This document shows, one piece after another, positions 49,994 through 62,880 of a stretch of DNA of 64,000 nt (positions are counted from its first letter, which is position 1; each line of letters begins with the position of its first letter). Source of the DNA: Takakia lepidozioides. Its lineage: Eukaryota > Plantae > Bryophyta. The translations under genes were made by a program, and so were the position numbers. The DNA is taken from the NCBI GenBank assembly GCA_030704615.1, contig CM060731.1:36952001-37016000 (forward strand), written 5' to 3'. The notes under the pieces are model-generated. The model was given only the letters and a program-made list of their open reading frames with translations. It did no database searches and had not been told where the DNA came from.

Positions 49994-52900
49994 ATGAGTG
50001 ATGAAAGAGAAGCTAGACGACAGAGATATTCATCAAAAAGAGAAAGCTATCTGAAATCTAATTATCCATATCTTTGGGAGAGAGGAATAGACATAGGGGA
50101 ATCATCTGGACCTCTCACACCATCAAGATCAAAAAGTGCATCACCTATACCGGAAGAACTAGAGTTGGATGCCACTCCTTCTGTTTCTTTGCAAGAAAGA
50201 TTAAGGGAATTGGTACAGGAAGAAGATCAATCACGAGGTGAAAGATCTGAGGTACATCCTTGGATAAAAGACTTGACAGAAATCTTTGATAAGAGTTGGC
50301 ATGGAACACCAAAAGCAGGAACTCCAGTTTCTGAAGCAGAAGATGAAGAAGGAGAAGAGGATGTGGCAGAGCCAACGGAGAGTTCAGACTCTCCAACACC
50401 ATTACAGTTGAGTTACATGAGTGAAGAAGAAACCCAAGGGCAGAACTTGGAGGATGAAAACAGAGAGAAGAAATTAGAAGAGGAAGAATATGAAGAAGTA
50501 GACCCAACAGCTGAGGTTGAGACTACAACCAGGACATCCCAACCCGTTGGACCTGGATCAAGTGGAGCACTTGGATCACAGGCCAACGAAGGTGTCGGCT
50601 CAGGGGGATCAGGCGGGCTGCCTGGATCTGGCTCAGGGGGGACAAGGAGTGTGGGAAGTAGTGCAACTGAAGCTGGGAATACTGTGAATATCGTGGGACC
50701 AGAAGCAAGGAGTGCTCAAGGGCCACCACTTGGTGGAAGATCCACCACAAAAACAACAGGTCCAGAAGGACCAGCACCAGCAAGGGTGCCAGCACCTGTC
50801 AGTGGGCAGAAGGTAGGGCCACAGATGGCGTTACAACCAACACGGGCAAAACCACCCTTTCCAATATATTCAGGAAAAGGGGATCCCGATGTACACATTA
50901 GCCAATTTGAGCACATGTGTATAGTGAACAATGAGAATGGCGATGATGCCAAGATGAGACTGTTTCCTTGTTCACTTATCAAGAAAGCAAGTGAATGGTA
51001 TGCAAGATTCCCTGATAATCATTTCCTAACCTGGAATGGCTTGAATACAGCATTTCGAAATAGGTTCAGGACAAGTAAAACTGAGGATGAAGTGTATGGA
51101 AGTTTACAACAGCTGAAGCAGAAGAAGCATGAAACTGTTGAAGAGTATATGGAGAAGATGGAATTGATGATGAAAAAGCTGGCTGCAGTACCAGCGCCCG
51201 GTTTACAGAAGACTTGGTTTGTGAGTGGATTAAGACCAGAGTTGCAAAAGAAAGTGGATATGTTACCCCATAATACAGTGGAGGAGGCATTTGAAACTGC
51301 GAACAGAATTGAGCAATTGGGAATGCTCAGGAGAGAGAAAAAAAAGATGAGGACTCTGAGGATGAGTCAGATGAAGAAGAAGAGCAAGAACTAAAAAGAA
51401 AGAGTAAGAGAAAGGAGAAGTTGAAGAGGGATAACTATGAAAAAAAATTGGAAGAAATCTTGAAGAAGTATGCCACAGAGGCTGCAACACATTGGAGGAA
51501 GGGTGTATGGTGTGCAAAGTGCCAGAATGAAGGCCATACCACCACAGAATGCCACATGAAGGAGAAACACTGTACTATCTGTAAAATGGATAACCATTCT
51601 ACTGAGAATTGTTACTACAACAGAAGGACAGCTGCAAGAGAACCTAGGCAAGTAAGGGTGCATCAGGTGCAGCCCCAGCCAAGAAGAAACAATGATCAGG
51701 ACCACTATGGTAGGTCTGGTGGTTATAACAATGGCATGGAAGGGAGAGGTAATTCAAGAGGGAATTACCAAGGAAATTCCAGAGGCAACTATCAGGGTAA
51801 TCCAAGGGGGAATTACCAGCCCGGGAATCAGGATTATAGAAATAATCCAAGAACAGACCAAGGGCGAGGACCCAATGGTGAAGAGCTATGTTACTATTGT
51901 AATCAGCCAGGACATCGCAAGGCAGCCTGTTCATTCTGGATAAGACACCAGAATGAGATGAGAGCTCCTGTGAATGAGGGCCCAGTGGTGGCAGCTCACA
52001 TGGTTAGGCCATGTGTTGTACCAGAAGTAAGTACAATGATAGTAACAAGAAGTAAAGCCAAACTAATACCTCCAGTAGAAGAGGAAGAAGATGAGAATGG
52101 AAGTGGCAATGATATGCCTGAAGATGAAGAGACTTGGAAAGATGAGAAGGAACTGCACAAGGAAGTGGCAGATACTATAAGGGAAATGCAAAAGAGTACT
52201 GATATTCCTGTGGCAGATTCCTCTGATTCGGATGGAGAAAAAGAAGGGAGTGAGGAAGAAAGGAAAAAAAGATGCAGACATGCAAAGTAATGAAGAGACT
52301 TTGGCTGCAGTAATATGTCAGACCAAAGCAGAAATTACCATTGGACAGCTATTAGCTGTGGCACCTTATTGTAGGCACAGGCTGTATCAGGCAATCAATC
52401 GAATTGCCCAAGAGACAGGAAACACAGACCTGAACAGCAAGGTGACCAGTTATAATGTGAAGCCGGAAGGGCGAGAACCAGTCATGGACTTTGATGATTC
52501 TATGCCAGTAATCCAATTGAGAATTGGAAGCACAGAACTAACTGATGTACTGATAGATGGTGGTTCTGGAGTAAATATCATGACAGACCAATTAAGGAAG
52601 AAGCTTGGTCTAAGTAACATGAAACCAGCCCCATTTACAGTAACAATGGCAGATCAAAGAAGTGTACAGCCATTGGGATTAATAAGAGGAGTTAAGATAC
52701 AGATACAGAAAATGATCTTTATGATCACAGTAACTGTATTAAAAATGGATGAAGTCATGGAGGCTTACTCCTTATTATTGGGACGTCCGTGGCTGAAACA
52801 GGCCAGGGTATTCCATGACTGGAATTCTCAGTTACTAACTGTGCATAATGGGATGCACGAGATACAAATTACCACAAAGAAATCTAGTAGATTACCTGCT

Positions 52901-55900
52901 ACAAGAAGACCTCGAGGAGTCAGAGAGTATGACTGGAGAGGAGGACTGGATGAGGAGCAGGAAGCTACCCTATTTGCTGCACACCCAGAGTGGGAGCAGG
53001 TTGCGGAGATGCGGCTGGAAAGCCTAAGTTGTTTGAGAGGTATCTGCTGTGGTGTAGTGACAGCAACACCAATTGAAGAGGAAACTAGCATTTACCCATC
53101 ACATTTCTATGAAGAGAGAGAAGGAGAAATAGAAATCCTAGAAGAACCAGCCACTGTGAGCTTACAGGATGAAGTGGTGACTGGTTGGACAATCACAGCT
53201 GATGAGCAGGTGAGAGAAGTAAATGTGGGAACTCAGGAGGAACCGAGGATGGTGAAAGTAGGAGCTGATTTGGAGCCGGAATTCTTCGAAGAAGCTAAAA
53301 GCTTGTTCATCAAATACAGAGATGTATTTGCTTGGAGCTATGAGGATCTAAAAGGGATACCACCTGAAGTCTGTCAGCATAAGATTGAACTGGAACCAGG
53401 GTCAGTACCAATCAAGCAGGCGAGGTATAGAATGAATCCCAACTACGCACAGAAGGTTGGAGAAGAGATAAAGAAGTTGGCTGAGGCTAAGTTTATATAC
53501 CCAATAGAGTATACAACTTGGTTGTCACCCATTGTTATAGTTCCCAAGAAGAATGGCAAACTAAGAGTATGTGTGAACTATAAGAAGCTGAATGCTTGTA
53601 CGAAGAAAGATCCTTTCCCTTTGCCATTCACAGAAGCAGTATTAGACACTGTGGCAGGCCATGAGATGTACTCATTCATGGATGGCTTCAGTGGTTATAA
53701 TCAAGTGCAAGTGGCAGAAGAAGACCAAGGGAAAACAGCTTTCATCACAGACTGGGGGGCTTATGCATACAAAGTCATGCCCTTTGGACTTTGTAATGCA
53801 CCAGCGACCTTTCAGAGAGTGATAAGTGAATCTTTTCATGAGTATCTGGATGATTTCATGCAGGTATTCTTGGATGATTTCAGTGTGTACAGCTCTAAGA
53901 GTGAGCACTTGCATAAATTGGAGTTATGTTTGGCCAGATGCAGGATGAGAGGTCTGGGCCTGAATCCAGAGAAGTGTACTTTCTGTGTGAACTCAGGGGT
54001 GCTTCTGGGACACATTGTGTGTAAGAAGGGACTCCTTGTGGATCCCAGGAAGACAGAGTCCATTAAAGCATCTCCACCCCCAGTGAATGTTAAAAGTCTA
54101 CGAGATTCCTTGGGCAAACCAGTTATTACAGAAGATTTGTCAAAAGGTATGCACAAATAGCAGCACCATTGAGCAAGCTTCTGAAGAAAGATGCAGTGTT
54201 TGCCTGGACAGCTGAATGTCAACAGGCGTTTGAGGAACTTACACTGTCAGTAACAACTACACCTGTGCTGATTAACCCCACTGGCATGTAGTATTTCATG
54301 TTCACTGCGATGCATCAGGAGAAGCGTTGGGTGCGGTGTTAGCCCAGAATGTTACAGGGAATATAGATTCACCTGTGTACTATGCTAGCCGGTTGATGAA
54401 CAGTGCTGAGAGGAACTATAGTACAACGGAAAGAGAAGCATTGGCAATGATTTATGCAGTCAAGAAATTCAGGCATTACCTATTGGGAAGAAAGTTTATG
54501 TTTTATGTGGATCACCAGGCTCTGATATATCTGGTGAACAAACCTTTGATAAGTGGAAGGATAGCGAGGTGGTTAATAATCTTGCATGAGTTTGAGTTCG
54601 AGGTTATTTACAAGCCTGGCCGTTTGCATCTTGTGGCAGATCATTTGTCACGACTAACAACAGGAGAGGCCGCCACAGGAGTGGACGATCAGTTACCTGA
54701 TGCGAGTTTATTTGTAATGGAGGTGCAAGGAAGTGCAGATGAATGGTTAGATTGGCAGTGGCCAATCAGATACTACCTTGCTCATGGTCAGTGCCCACCT
54801 AGTTATGGTAAGGAGCAGAGGAAGAGAATTGCTATCAAAGCTTTACCTTATACTATGGTAGGAAGCAGAATGTATAAGTTAGGACCTGATGGAGTACTAA
54901 AACGATGCTTGTACCACCATGAAGTAAATAAAGTCTTGGAGGAAGTTCATAAAGGAGTGGCTGGAGGTCATTTTGGAGAAGAGACTACCAGTAGAAAGAT
55001 ACTACTCGCAGGATACTGGTGGCCTACTTTGTTCAAAGATGTACATGAGTATTGTCAGAAGTGTGATGAATGTCAGAGGCTAGGACCTTTGCAGAGATCT
55101 GGAAGGATGGCCTTGCATCCTACAATGCCTACGGAACCATTTCAGAAATGGGGACTAGACTTTGTTGGACCAATTAATCCACCATCCAAGAATACACGAA
55201 ACAGGTACATAATTACAGCCACTGATTATACTACAAAGTGGGTGGAAGCTAAAGCTTTGAGGGACAACACAGCCAAGTCCACAGCAAGGTTCCTGTACGA
55301 GAACATACTTACACGATTTGGCTGTCCCTTAGAATTTATCAGTGATCAAGGAAGTCACTTCATGAATGAGACCATTGAGTTGTTGACTAAAGAGTTTATG
55401 ATTGTGCATAGAAAGAGTACAACATATTACCCACAGGGTAATGGGCAGGCAGAGGCTACCAACAAAATACTATGTACTATCTTGGCTAAGATAGTCAATG
55501 CAAACAGAACGGATTGGGATACAAAGCTGCTGACAGCTTTATGGTCATACAGGACTTCATATAAAGTCACCACTAAGTATACACCATTCCAATTAGTTTA
55601 TGGTATGGAAGCCTTACTTCCAGTGGAATTCCTGTTACCTACCATGAGAACGGAGTGGGGAAAAAGAATGGAATTGCAAGACTCCATCAAGGTCAGGAAA
55701 CATGAATTATACCATGTGGAAGAAGTACGTGCTGATGCAGCTGATAATATGACCAGAATTCAGATGAAGCGAAAGGAACAGTTTGATGAAGGCAAGTTAA
55801 AGACTTTTAAGACGGGGGATTTGGTTCTATGGTTGCAGAAGAAAGGAAAGATTCAAGCTTCTAAGCTTAAATCACCGTGGAAAGGACCTTATGTCATACA

Positions 55901-56030
55901 AAAGATGTATGATAACAACACCACCATGTTACAAACCATTAACAAAGAAATGCTGGGAAGAGTCAATGCAAATAAGTTGAAGGGTACAGTGGTATCCATG
56001 ACAAACCCCTGCAGCATGATTTGCATATAG
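49994..56030 (+). CDS. gag-pol: gag-pol of family 2 (capsid, CCHC knuckles, protease, RT, RNase H, integrase) with frameshifts near 51340, 52265 and 54100-54290
   Basis: YSGKGDPDVH, CYYCNQPGHRKAAC, LIDGGS...LLGRPW, FLDD, DHQAL, HHCC, WGLDFVG/SDQG/QAE. Confidence 0.95.
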
Positions 56031-56129
56031 AACCGCAAGAACAGTCACGGGCTGCACCAGTGTTACGAACGGAGTATGGAACACTTGTTGCTAGGCCCAG
56101 CATATACGACCAGGGTGGGCAAAACAAAC

Positions 56130-56370
56130 GTGACACAGCCTATCACAGCCCGCCAAGGCGCAACACAGCCTATCACAGCCCATCACGACGTGACACAGCC
56201 AACCACAGCCCATCACGACGTGACACAGCCAACCACAGCCCAGCAAGGCGCAACACAGCCTATAACAACATACCACAGCGTGTCACAGCCTATCACAGCT
56301 TACCACAGTGCATCACAGCCTATCACAGGGTAACACAGTATGACACAGCCTGTCACAGCTCAACACAGCC
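56130..56370 (+). repeat. 30-bp tandem repeats containing CACAGCC downstream of pol
   Basis: ACACAGCC recurs every 30 bp; the same core is repeated in the LTRs (about 48555-48770). Confidence 0.8.
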
Positions 56371-57126
56371 TACTAAAGTTACACCATCCATAGAATCAGT
56401 GACAAGTGGACACATAATAACTTCAGGAAAATGGATGACGGAAGAGGAACGGAAATTACTTTAAAAATAGACACGTGGAGGTCAGGGCGCGACACACAGC
56501 AGACAATGAAGTGCAAGGACAGGTGTCAAAAAGAAAGAAGACAAGAACGGCCGTCAAAAGGGATGAAAGCCAGGCCCATTAATGAGTACGGAAAAAGGGA
56601 AACGGAACGAACGGCAAGTACAGAAAAGCCGAATTCTTGTCACATGTGTGATCCTAGTGGACTATCCAAGAGGGAAAGTCCACTAAAGAAGATAAAATTT
56701 AAAATCCAGTCACAGCGGATACAGCCAATAGAAAACCAGAGAAAGGATCAAGAAAATGGAGGGAAATTGAGCGCAAGAGGCGGCGTCGTTCTGAGTAACG
56801 GGCGTCTCGACAGGACAGGCCATAAATGCTATAACTTGGAAACTATGGAGGAACTAACAGACTATACGCTCGCAATATTACTTACGCAGTGGCATAGACA
56901 CGAAAGGACAGAGCAGAGCTTTTCTCTTGAGCAATGCTTGCAAGCCCCGCAGGCTTACAAGAAATTACCCATAGCTTTCTGCGGCAACCATACGTTTATG
57001 CTTTGTGCACTACAGGCATTCCTGCAGTTGTTACAGCCAAAGCAGTTCTGTGAGTCTAAAATGAAGAGAGTGAGAGGAATGGAGGAAATCAGGGTGAAGA
57101 GCACCACAATTCTGCAGAAACAAACG

Positions 57127-60100
57127 ATGGCTACCCCACAGGCGATACAGATACTGGAGGAGCTGAGATTGGAAGGATTGCAAAGCCTGGATTGGACACT
57201 ACACCATAGACAGTACATGTTACAATTTTTGCAGAACTTTGAGCCAAGGACAGGAACAACAACGGTGAAGGGAGTTGAATTAATGATTACTCCCCTATAC
57301 CTCCAGCAATTGTTTCGATTGCCAGCAGGTCAGGTGCATGTGGGGGAACACAGGGCAAGACTGCAAATAGGGGACTTATTCCAAGAAGGGAGTTTCTTTA
57401 AACTCAGGGTTATGCTTGTACCAAAGCTGTGTACCCAGGGTTAAAAGAGATAGGCCAGGTATTGAACGTTCTGATTGCCCTGAAACAGAACCAACAATAT
57501 TTGAGCAGATCCTTCACAGAGGAAATACTCAAAGGCCTGAAGGGACAAGAGGTACAATGGGCGGACATAATGTACAACGCACTAGTAGAGGAGATGAAAA
57601 GATTACAAGGTACTACCGCAAAGTCTCCTATCATAGTGTCTGGCCCAATCATTGCTCAAATAATCCTTAATTCTGGCATACTTAATGCACAAGAAAGGAA
57701 GGAAATGGGAGTGTTTGAGCCAGAAACAACTGCAATGGAAGAGCAAGGCTCTTCACACAGTGAGGGTGGACTAGCAGCACAACCCGAGACTAAGAGGCAG
57801 AGAAGGGGAAAGACTGTAGTGGCGGATCCACTGGCTTCACGGATTCCGCATGATAATGTTTCCCAAGCTCATGACCAGGAAGGGGCACAACAGCACAAAG
57901 AATGTTATTACTGGAAGCAGGACCTTCAGAGAGGGAGGAGGAAGTTACTTCTGCATCACAGCCAACACAGCCACTTGAACGACTTGTCACAAGGTCACAA
58001 GTTATCCATGCAGCTCAACCCGAAATAATTGATTTGGAAAGTGAAGGGATAGATATTCCAACTACAGAACAGATAGTGGCAGAAATAGAGAAAGGGGACC
58101 TTCTCTATGAATATTCTGGTCTGGTAAAGGAGACAGAATTCCCAGAGGTGCAACAGTTGCCCAAGGGAATCCTGAGGTGCATATATGCACACACCTGTGT
58201 TGGAGGTACCACAGGCGGAAGGTCATGACACTGTAACACCAGTCATAGATGAAGTAGTTCAGGAAGAAAATCCGGTGGGACAATGGCCTGAATGGTTAGT
58301 GAGACATCATACTGTTGAAGATCGGGAGGAACAGCAGCAACCTCACCATGATGACCCTCAACAGGCAATGCTGATGAGTTCCATAGGCAGGACACTTAAT
58401 TTGTTGGGGACTTATGTCAAATCCCATGTTCCAATTACCCAATTGACAGCCTTGAAAGAGGAACTCAGGAAGGAGTTTGAGGCTCGACTTGCCACTGAGT
58501 GTGCAAACAAGGTCGATGAAGAGGTCACTCTCAAGATGAAGCAGGACTTGGGCAATACAGAAATGGCTTTGCAGTTGGCCAAGCAACAATTGATTGAGGC
58601 AGGCCTCGCGCAAGACCAGTTGCACGAAGCACATAAGCAACAGCTATACCAAATGCAGGTGCAGCATGAAAGCAAGTTGCAAGAACTGAATGCACTACAT
58701 ACGGAGTTGCAGACAGTGCATAACAGGATGGCGATACAATGTGCTACATTTACAACTATGCTTGACCAATCAACAAAAGAAATAAACAGTCAAGCGGAAA
58801 AATGTACGAAGGCAGAGAAGAGAATGTTGAGCAAATGAAGCTCATTGTCGATATGAAGAATACAATCTGTCGCAATGAAGATACTTTCAAGCAATACAGG
58901 CAGATGGAAGCTGATCAAGAGAAACACATCGTGGAGTTGCAACAAATCATCGTGGCCAATAGAAATGAAATCGCGGTCAGTAACAAGGCTTGGAAGGAAG
59001 CAATAATCTACTTGCTGCCTATGCGCAATTGGTTGAGCCACAGGCGAAGCGCATGGAGGCTTTACAACAGCAGTTGGAATTGTACAAGCTAAGAGAGGAG
59101 CAAACTCTCAGGAGAACCACAAGCAGCTTGGTGGATAACAGCCTTATGCAGGTCTGGTTAGCACAAGGGCCAGTAGAGGGCAAAAGCCCACGGAAGCTCA
59201 CCCAAAGCGAGATGAATGAGCTCAGACTGTAGGTGCAGAACATTGCCACAACTACTATAGACAATGTCTATAGTAGGATAGCAGAGTTACAAGAGGATGT
59301 AGACGGACTCCAGACTCAAGTGGAAGACCTCACTTCAAACATCGACCAAAGAGTCTATATCCCTCAGGAACAGCTAATGGCTTCTTATTTGCAAGCCAGA
59401 ACTCTGGCTTTTCAGTCTTCACAGGAGGTGCAGGAGATGCCAATGATACAGGAGCCAGTACCACCACCACCACAACAGGTCAGTGTACCAGTAGCTGAAC
59501 CTGTGGTTACTACAACCACACCACAGCCACCACAGCCGGAGGTATGGGGCAATGCCGCTTTTAACCCACCTAAAACTCCAGCTGCAAGGGAGTACAGCAG
59601 GGCTATGCTTATGCCCTTCAACCAAATTCCCATCATGTTGGATTTGGCTTGGAAAGAATTTAGTCCTCCGCAGTCATTCGCACATTACTACCAAATCATG
59701 CGTATTTGGCTGCCAGTGGCAACTAGGACTAAAGTTCTTCCAAACAATCGACATATTGAAGATCATCACTTTGCACAATACTGGCACGAGGCAGGTACCA
59801 TGTTGAGGGAATTGGTTGCTTTCCAGGTTGTACATGGACTCATTTATACCAAGACCAAGGAGATAGCAAGTATTGTCATGGGGTGCGGGCTATACTACGC
59901 TGCTTGTTTTCTGGTACGTTACCACATTGAGCAACAAAAGATGCAAACACGCTTTCAAAGTTACTCCAGTGGAGATCATTGGGTATTACCTTCGGTGCCA
60001 CCTCATATGTACCTATATGACCCAAAAGTTATGATGCAGAAGGATTCTCAAATTCGTTCATGGTTTCAAGCAGCCTGCAACCATTTATCAACACAGAAAT

Positions 60101-60606
60101 TCGGACTTGATAACATTTTCTATAAGGGACATGTGGCATGGAAGTACTTGCACGCTGCACCAGTAATTGGTACCCCACTCATCTGGACAGACAAGGAGCT
60201 CAGTGCCTACACCAATTTTGCTGTTCAGCGGTTACACCAAGTTGTAAAATACAAACTTCCAGACATGGTAGGACAGCATTGTATGCCCCAGATGATTCCA
60301 CAAAAAGTTCGAAAATTAAAACACCTGAGAGGCGATGAGGATTCTGATACAACTGTTTCTTCACAGAATTCTTTTGACATGGGAGAAGACTATGCAATTC
60401 AGATGGAAGAGAAGAAACAAAGGGGATCTCCTATGCCGGAAAGATTACCTCGATATCAGCCTCCAGAAGGCCTCACTTATCCAGGTAGTGATCAACCATC
60501 TCCATCAACCAGAGACAGACCTCGGGCTCGTACACACAGCCCACCACAAAACTATCAACGTCAACAAGGTGCTCACTCACAAAGGTTTGCTACTCGAAAA
60601 CAGTAA
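57127..60606 (+). CDS. Large extra 3' ORF of family 2 (frameshifted; N-terminus resembles plant retroelement accessory 'env-like' ORFs; central coiled coil)
   Basis: Consecutive overlapping sense ORFs 56431-57444, 57429-58028, 57902-58228, 58185-58838, 58802-59092, 58990-60606; conserved in the copy at 39086-41146. Confidence 0.75.
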
Positions 60607-62158
60607 ACCGTGAGGACACGGCTTTTTGAGGGGGGAAGGGGTAATGTTAGAGGACTGTAGGGGACTTAGACACTTATACGGGATCTGTAGGGTACCCTTA
60701 ATTTTGCACAGACTGAGACCAACAGGAGCCTTAGGGGTGACAGCAGCGCACTGTAGAGGGGGTTACACAGTTGTCACAGCCGACACAGCCCGTCACAGTC
60801 GTCACAGCCCACACAGCCGACACAGCCCACACAGTCGTCACAGCAGACACAGCCCACACACAGCCCGTCACAGTCGTCACAGCAGACACAGCCCACACAG
60901 CCAGTCACAGCCCGCACAGCCACACAGCCAGTCACAGCCCGACACAGCCAAACACAGCCAGTCACCGCTTGACACAGCTGTCACGATAATAGGGAACGAC
61001 TGTGGGGAACAACACCTGTGAAGGGAACATGTTAGTTCACAGACGACGGTTAGAGAGGGAAACGGTTAGAACCGCGGATAGGAGGATAAAGGGAGAAAGG
61101 GGGAATGAAGGAGGATCATCATTATTCGGGGGAGGACTTCTGAGTCAGGCTGGAGCGGAGATCGGAGGCAAGAGATGGAGAGCACGGTGAAGGAGAAAAG
61201 AGGATTAGTAGATGCTTGTTATATGCAAAGCTGTAGTGATATTGGAGAGCAGATTAGAGACATAATGGCTTCGGCCTGATACCTGATAAATCATAATCTG
61301 ATACTTATAAGATACAATCACACTGTGTAGAGAGATCTGAGAGAAGCTGTGGATTGAATGGATGAGTGAAGAAAACCGATAGATTGATGAAGCAAACTAA
61401 TACTTAATTATCAATGGTAAGGTAGCTAAGATGAATGCGAAAAGGGAAACAAATAGGAAACACCCCCATGATACACTAGCTGTAGGTCATGACTGATTGT
61501 TCTGCGCGGGCTGAGTACTTAGAGATTTCCAACTCTTCTATCTTGGAGTTTCCGCCTCGGATAGCGAAGGGATGGGTGAGTAAAAGCCGCGCGACACACA
61601 TGCTTCACAAGTGCACTGATTTGCACACAAGAGGGACCAGCCCCATCTCTTCACTCATACCTCTTCATGAGCTTGGAGCTAAAGCTCCCAACGGGCTACG
61701 ATGCATCCCCTCGCAGCTCCACCATTCGGTTGTTCCTCATCTACCCGCAACAACTAGTTTCGGGCACAAGTACCTGGAGCTGATCATATCATCTCCAACC
61801 TGCAACACGCTAGTTTCCCATGCGCAGCCCACATTTCTGCAGCTCCTTAACTCGGCCTGCAGCTGAAGAAGACGACCACCAGTTCACCCACTCGTGGCCA
61901 ACATCTCATCCGCTTCACACTAGAAGCCCAAACTTGGTTGCCATAGCGTTGAGCTATGCAACGCCGCTCTTCAACATAGGTTACCCGCTTCCCTATCCAT
62001 TGCAAACCTGCAACCTGTTCGCATTTGCACTCTATCCGCTTTGGATAGGCTCACGCACGGATCCCTGCACTCGAGGCTGAACCGCTTCTCATGAAATCAC
62101 AAGTGCTACAAAACAACTCGAACCTGGCACTCACAGACTCGAGCTGATCTTTCTCGAG

Positions 62159-62476
62159 TGATAAGGAAAAAGAATGATACAAGCATACAAGTTCTCTCAA
62201 ACTCACACACTTGCACATGAAAACATCACTCATATATTAAGTCGAGCCAAGTGCACCCCATGCCATGAGGAATCCACACTACGGCGCCATAGCTAGACGC
62301 GGTGAGGCTCAACTCGAGAAAGATGAGCCCACCGCGATCTGCCGTGAAGATAACAACGTCAGGTGCCCAAACATGTATTGGCCCCTGGATTGACACTTGG
62401 GTCAATCCCAAATGTCAATATATAAAAGCTAGCTATTTCCTAGCTAACTTCACACTAGTGGTAAAATAACTTGACA
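62159..62476 (-). repeat. Diverged LTR related to segment B of family 1, followed by a self-complementary primer site (62147-62158)
   Basis: Minus strand reads TGTCAAGTT...CTTATCA and shares GGCTCATCTTTCTCGAGTTGAGCCT, TTATCTTCACG and TGGCTCGACTT with 3529-3878. Confidence 0.8.
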
Positions 62477-62659
62477 GCCTATTACCACGGGTGGCACCTA
62501 TTACTGCGGGTTGATCAGCCCTTTCCAGGGAATGCAGACTGGATGTGTTACATCCATTCTATCCTTCTTTTCTATCCATTGCATCCATTTCGACGTTATT
62601 AACATACCAAGCCCTTGCATGGGAATGTGGCTACGTCGTGAGCACTGCTTGTCGGCACC

Positions 62660-62880
62660 CATTCTTGGCATATGACGATGCTTCATGAGGCAGACAGACT
62701 GGAAGAGGCTTTTCTAATTTTGAACCAAGGAGACATTGCAGCATATCCACATACGTATGTTTGTGTTTTGTTTCAGTGCATCAGGATAAAAGGCCCGGAA
62801 AGCAGGTGCACACTCACATCATCCAAAGCGGATCCCTGCGAAATGTTTTGTTACTCACCACCCTTGCGAACATGTATGGT
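62660..62880 (+). pseudogene. Possible PPR-gene N-terminal fragment
   Basis: RLEEAFLIL...HTYVCVLFQCIRIK resembles the start of PLS-class PPR proteins; short and frameshifted. Confidence 0.35.

Larger units (their letters stand above)
48433..61596 (+). mobile_element. Full-length Ty3/Gypsy non-chromovirus element (family 2), 13.2 kb
   Basis: LTRs 48433-49384 and 60645-61596 (952 bp each, TG...CA, a handful of differences); TSD CACAT; PBS TGGCGACCATACTGGGGA at 49387-49404 (tRNA-Arg-like); PPT 60628-60641. Confidence 0.97.

Noticed and set aside
51330-52290. Programmed ribosomal frameshift at the A-runs in gag
   Set aside because: The homologous fragment at 15775-16449 reads through the 52265 position in a single frame, so that shift is copy-specific or a sequencing error; the 51338 A-run is probably the same.
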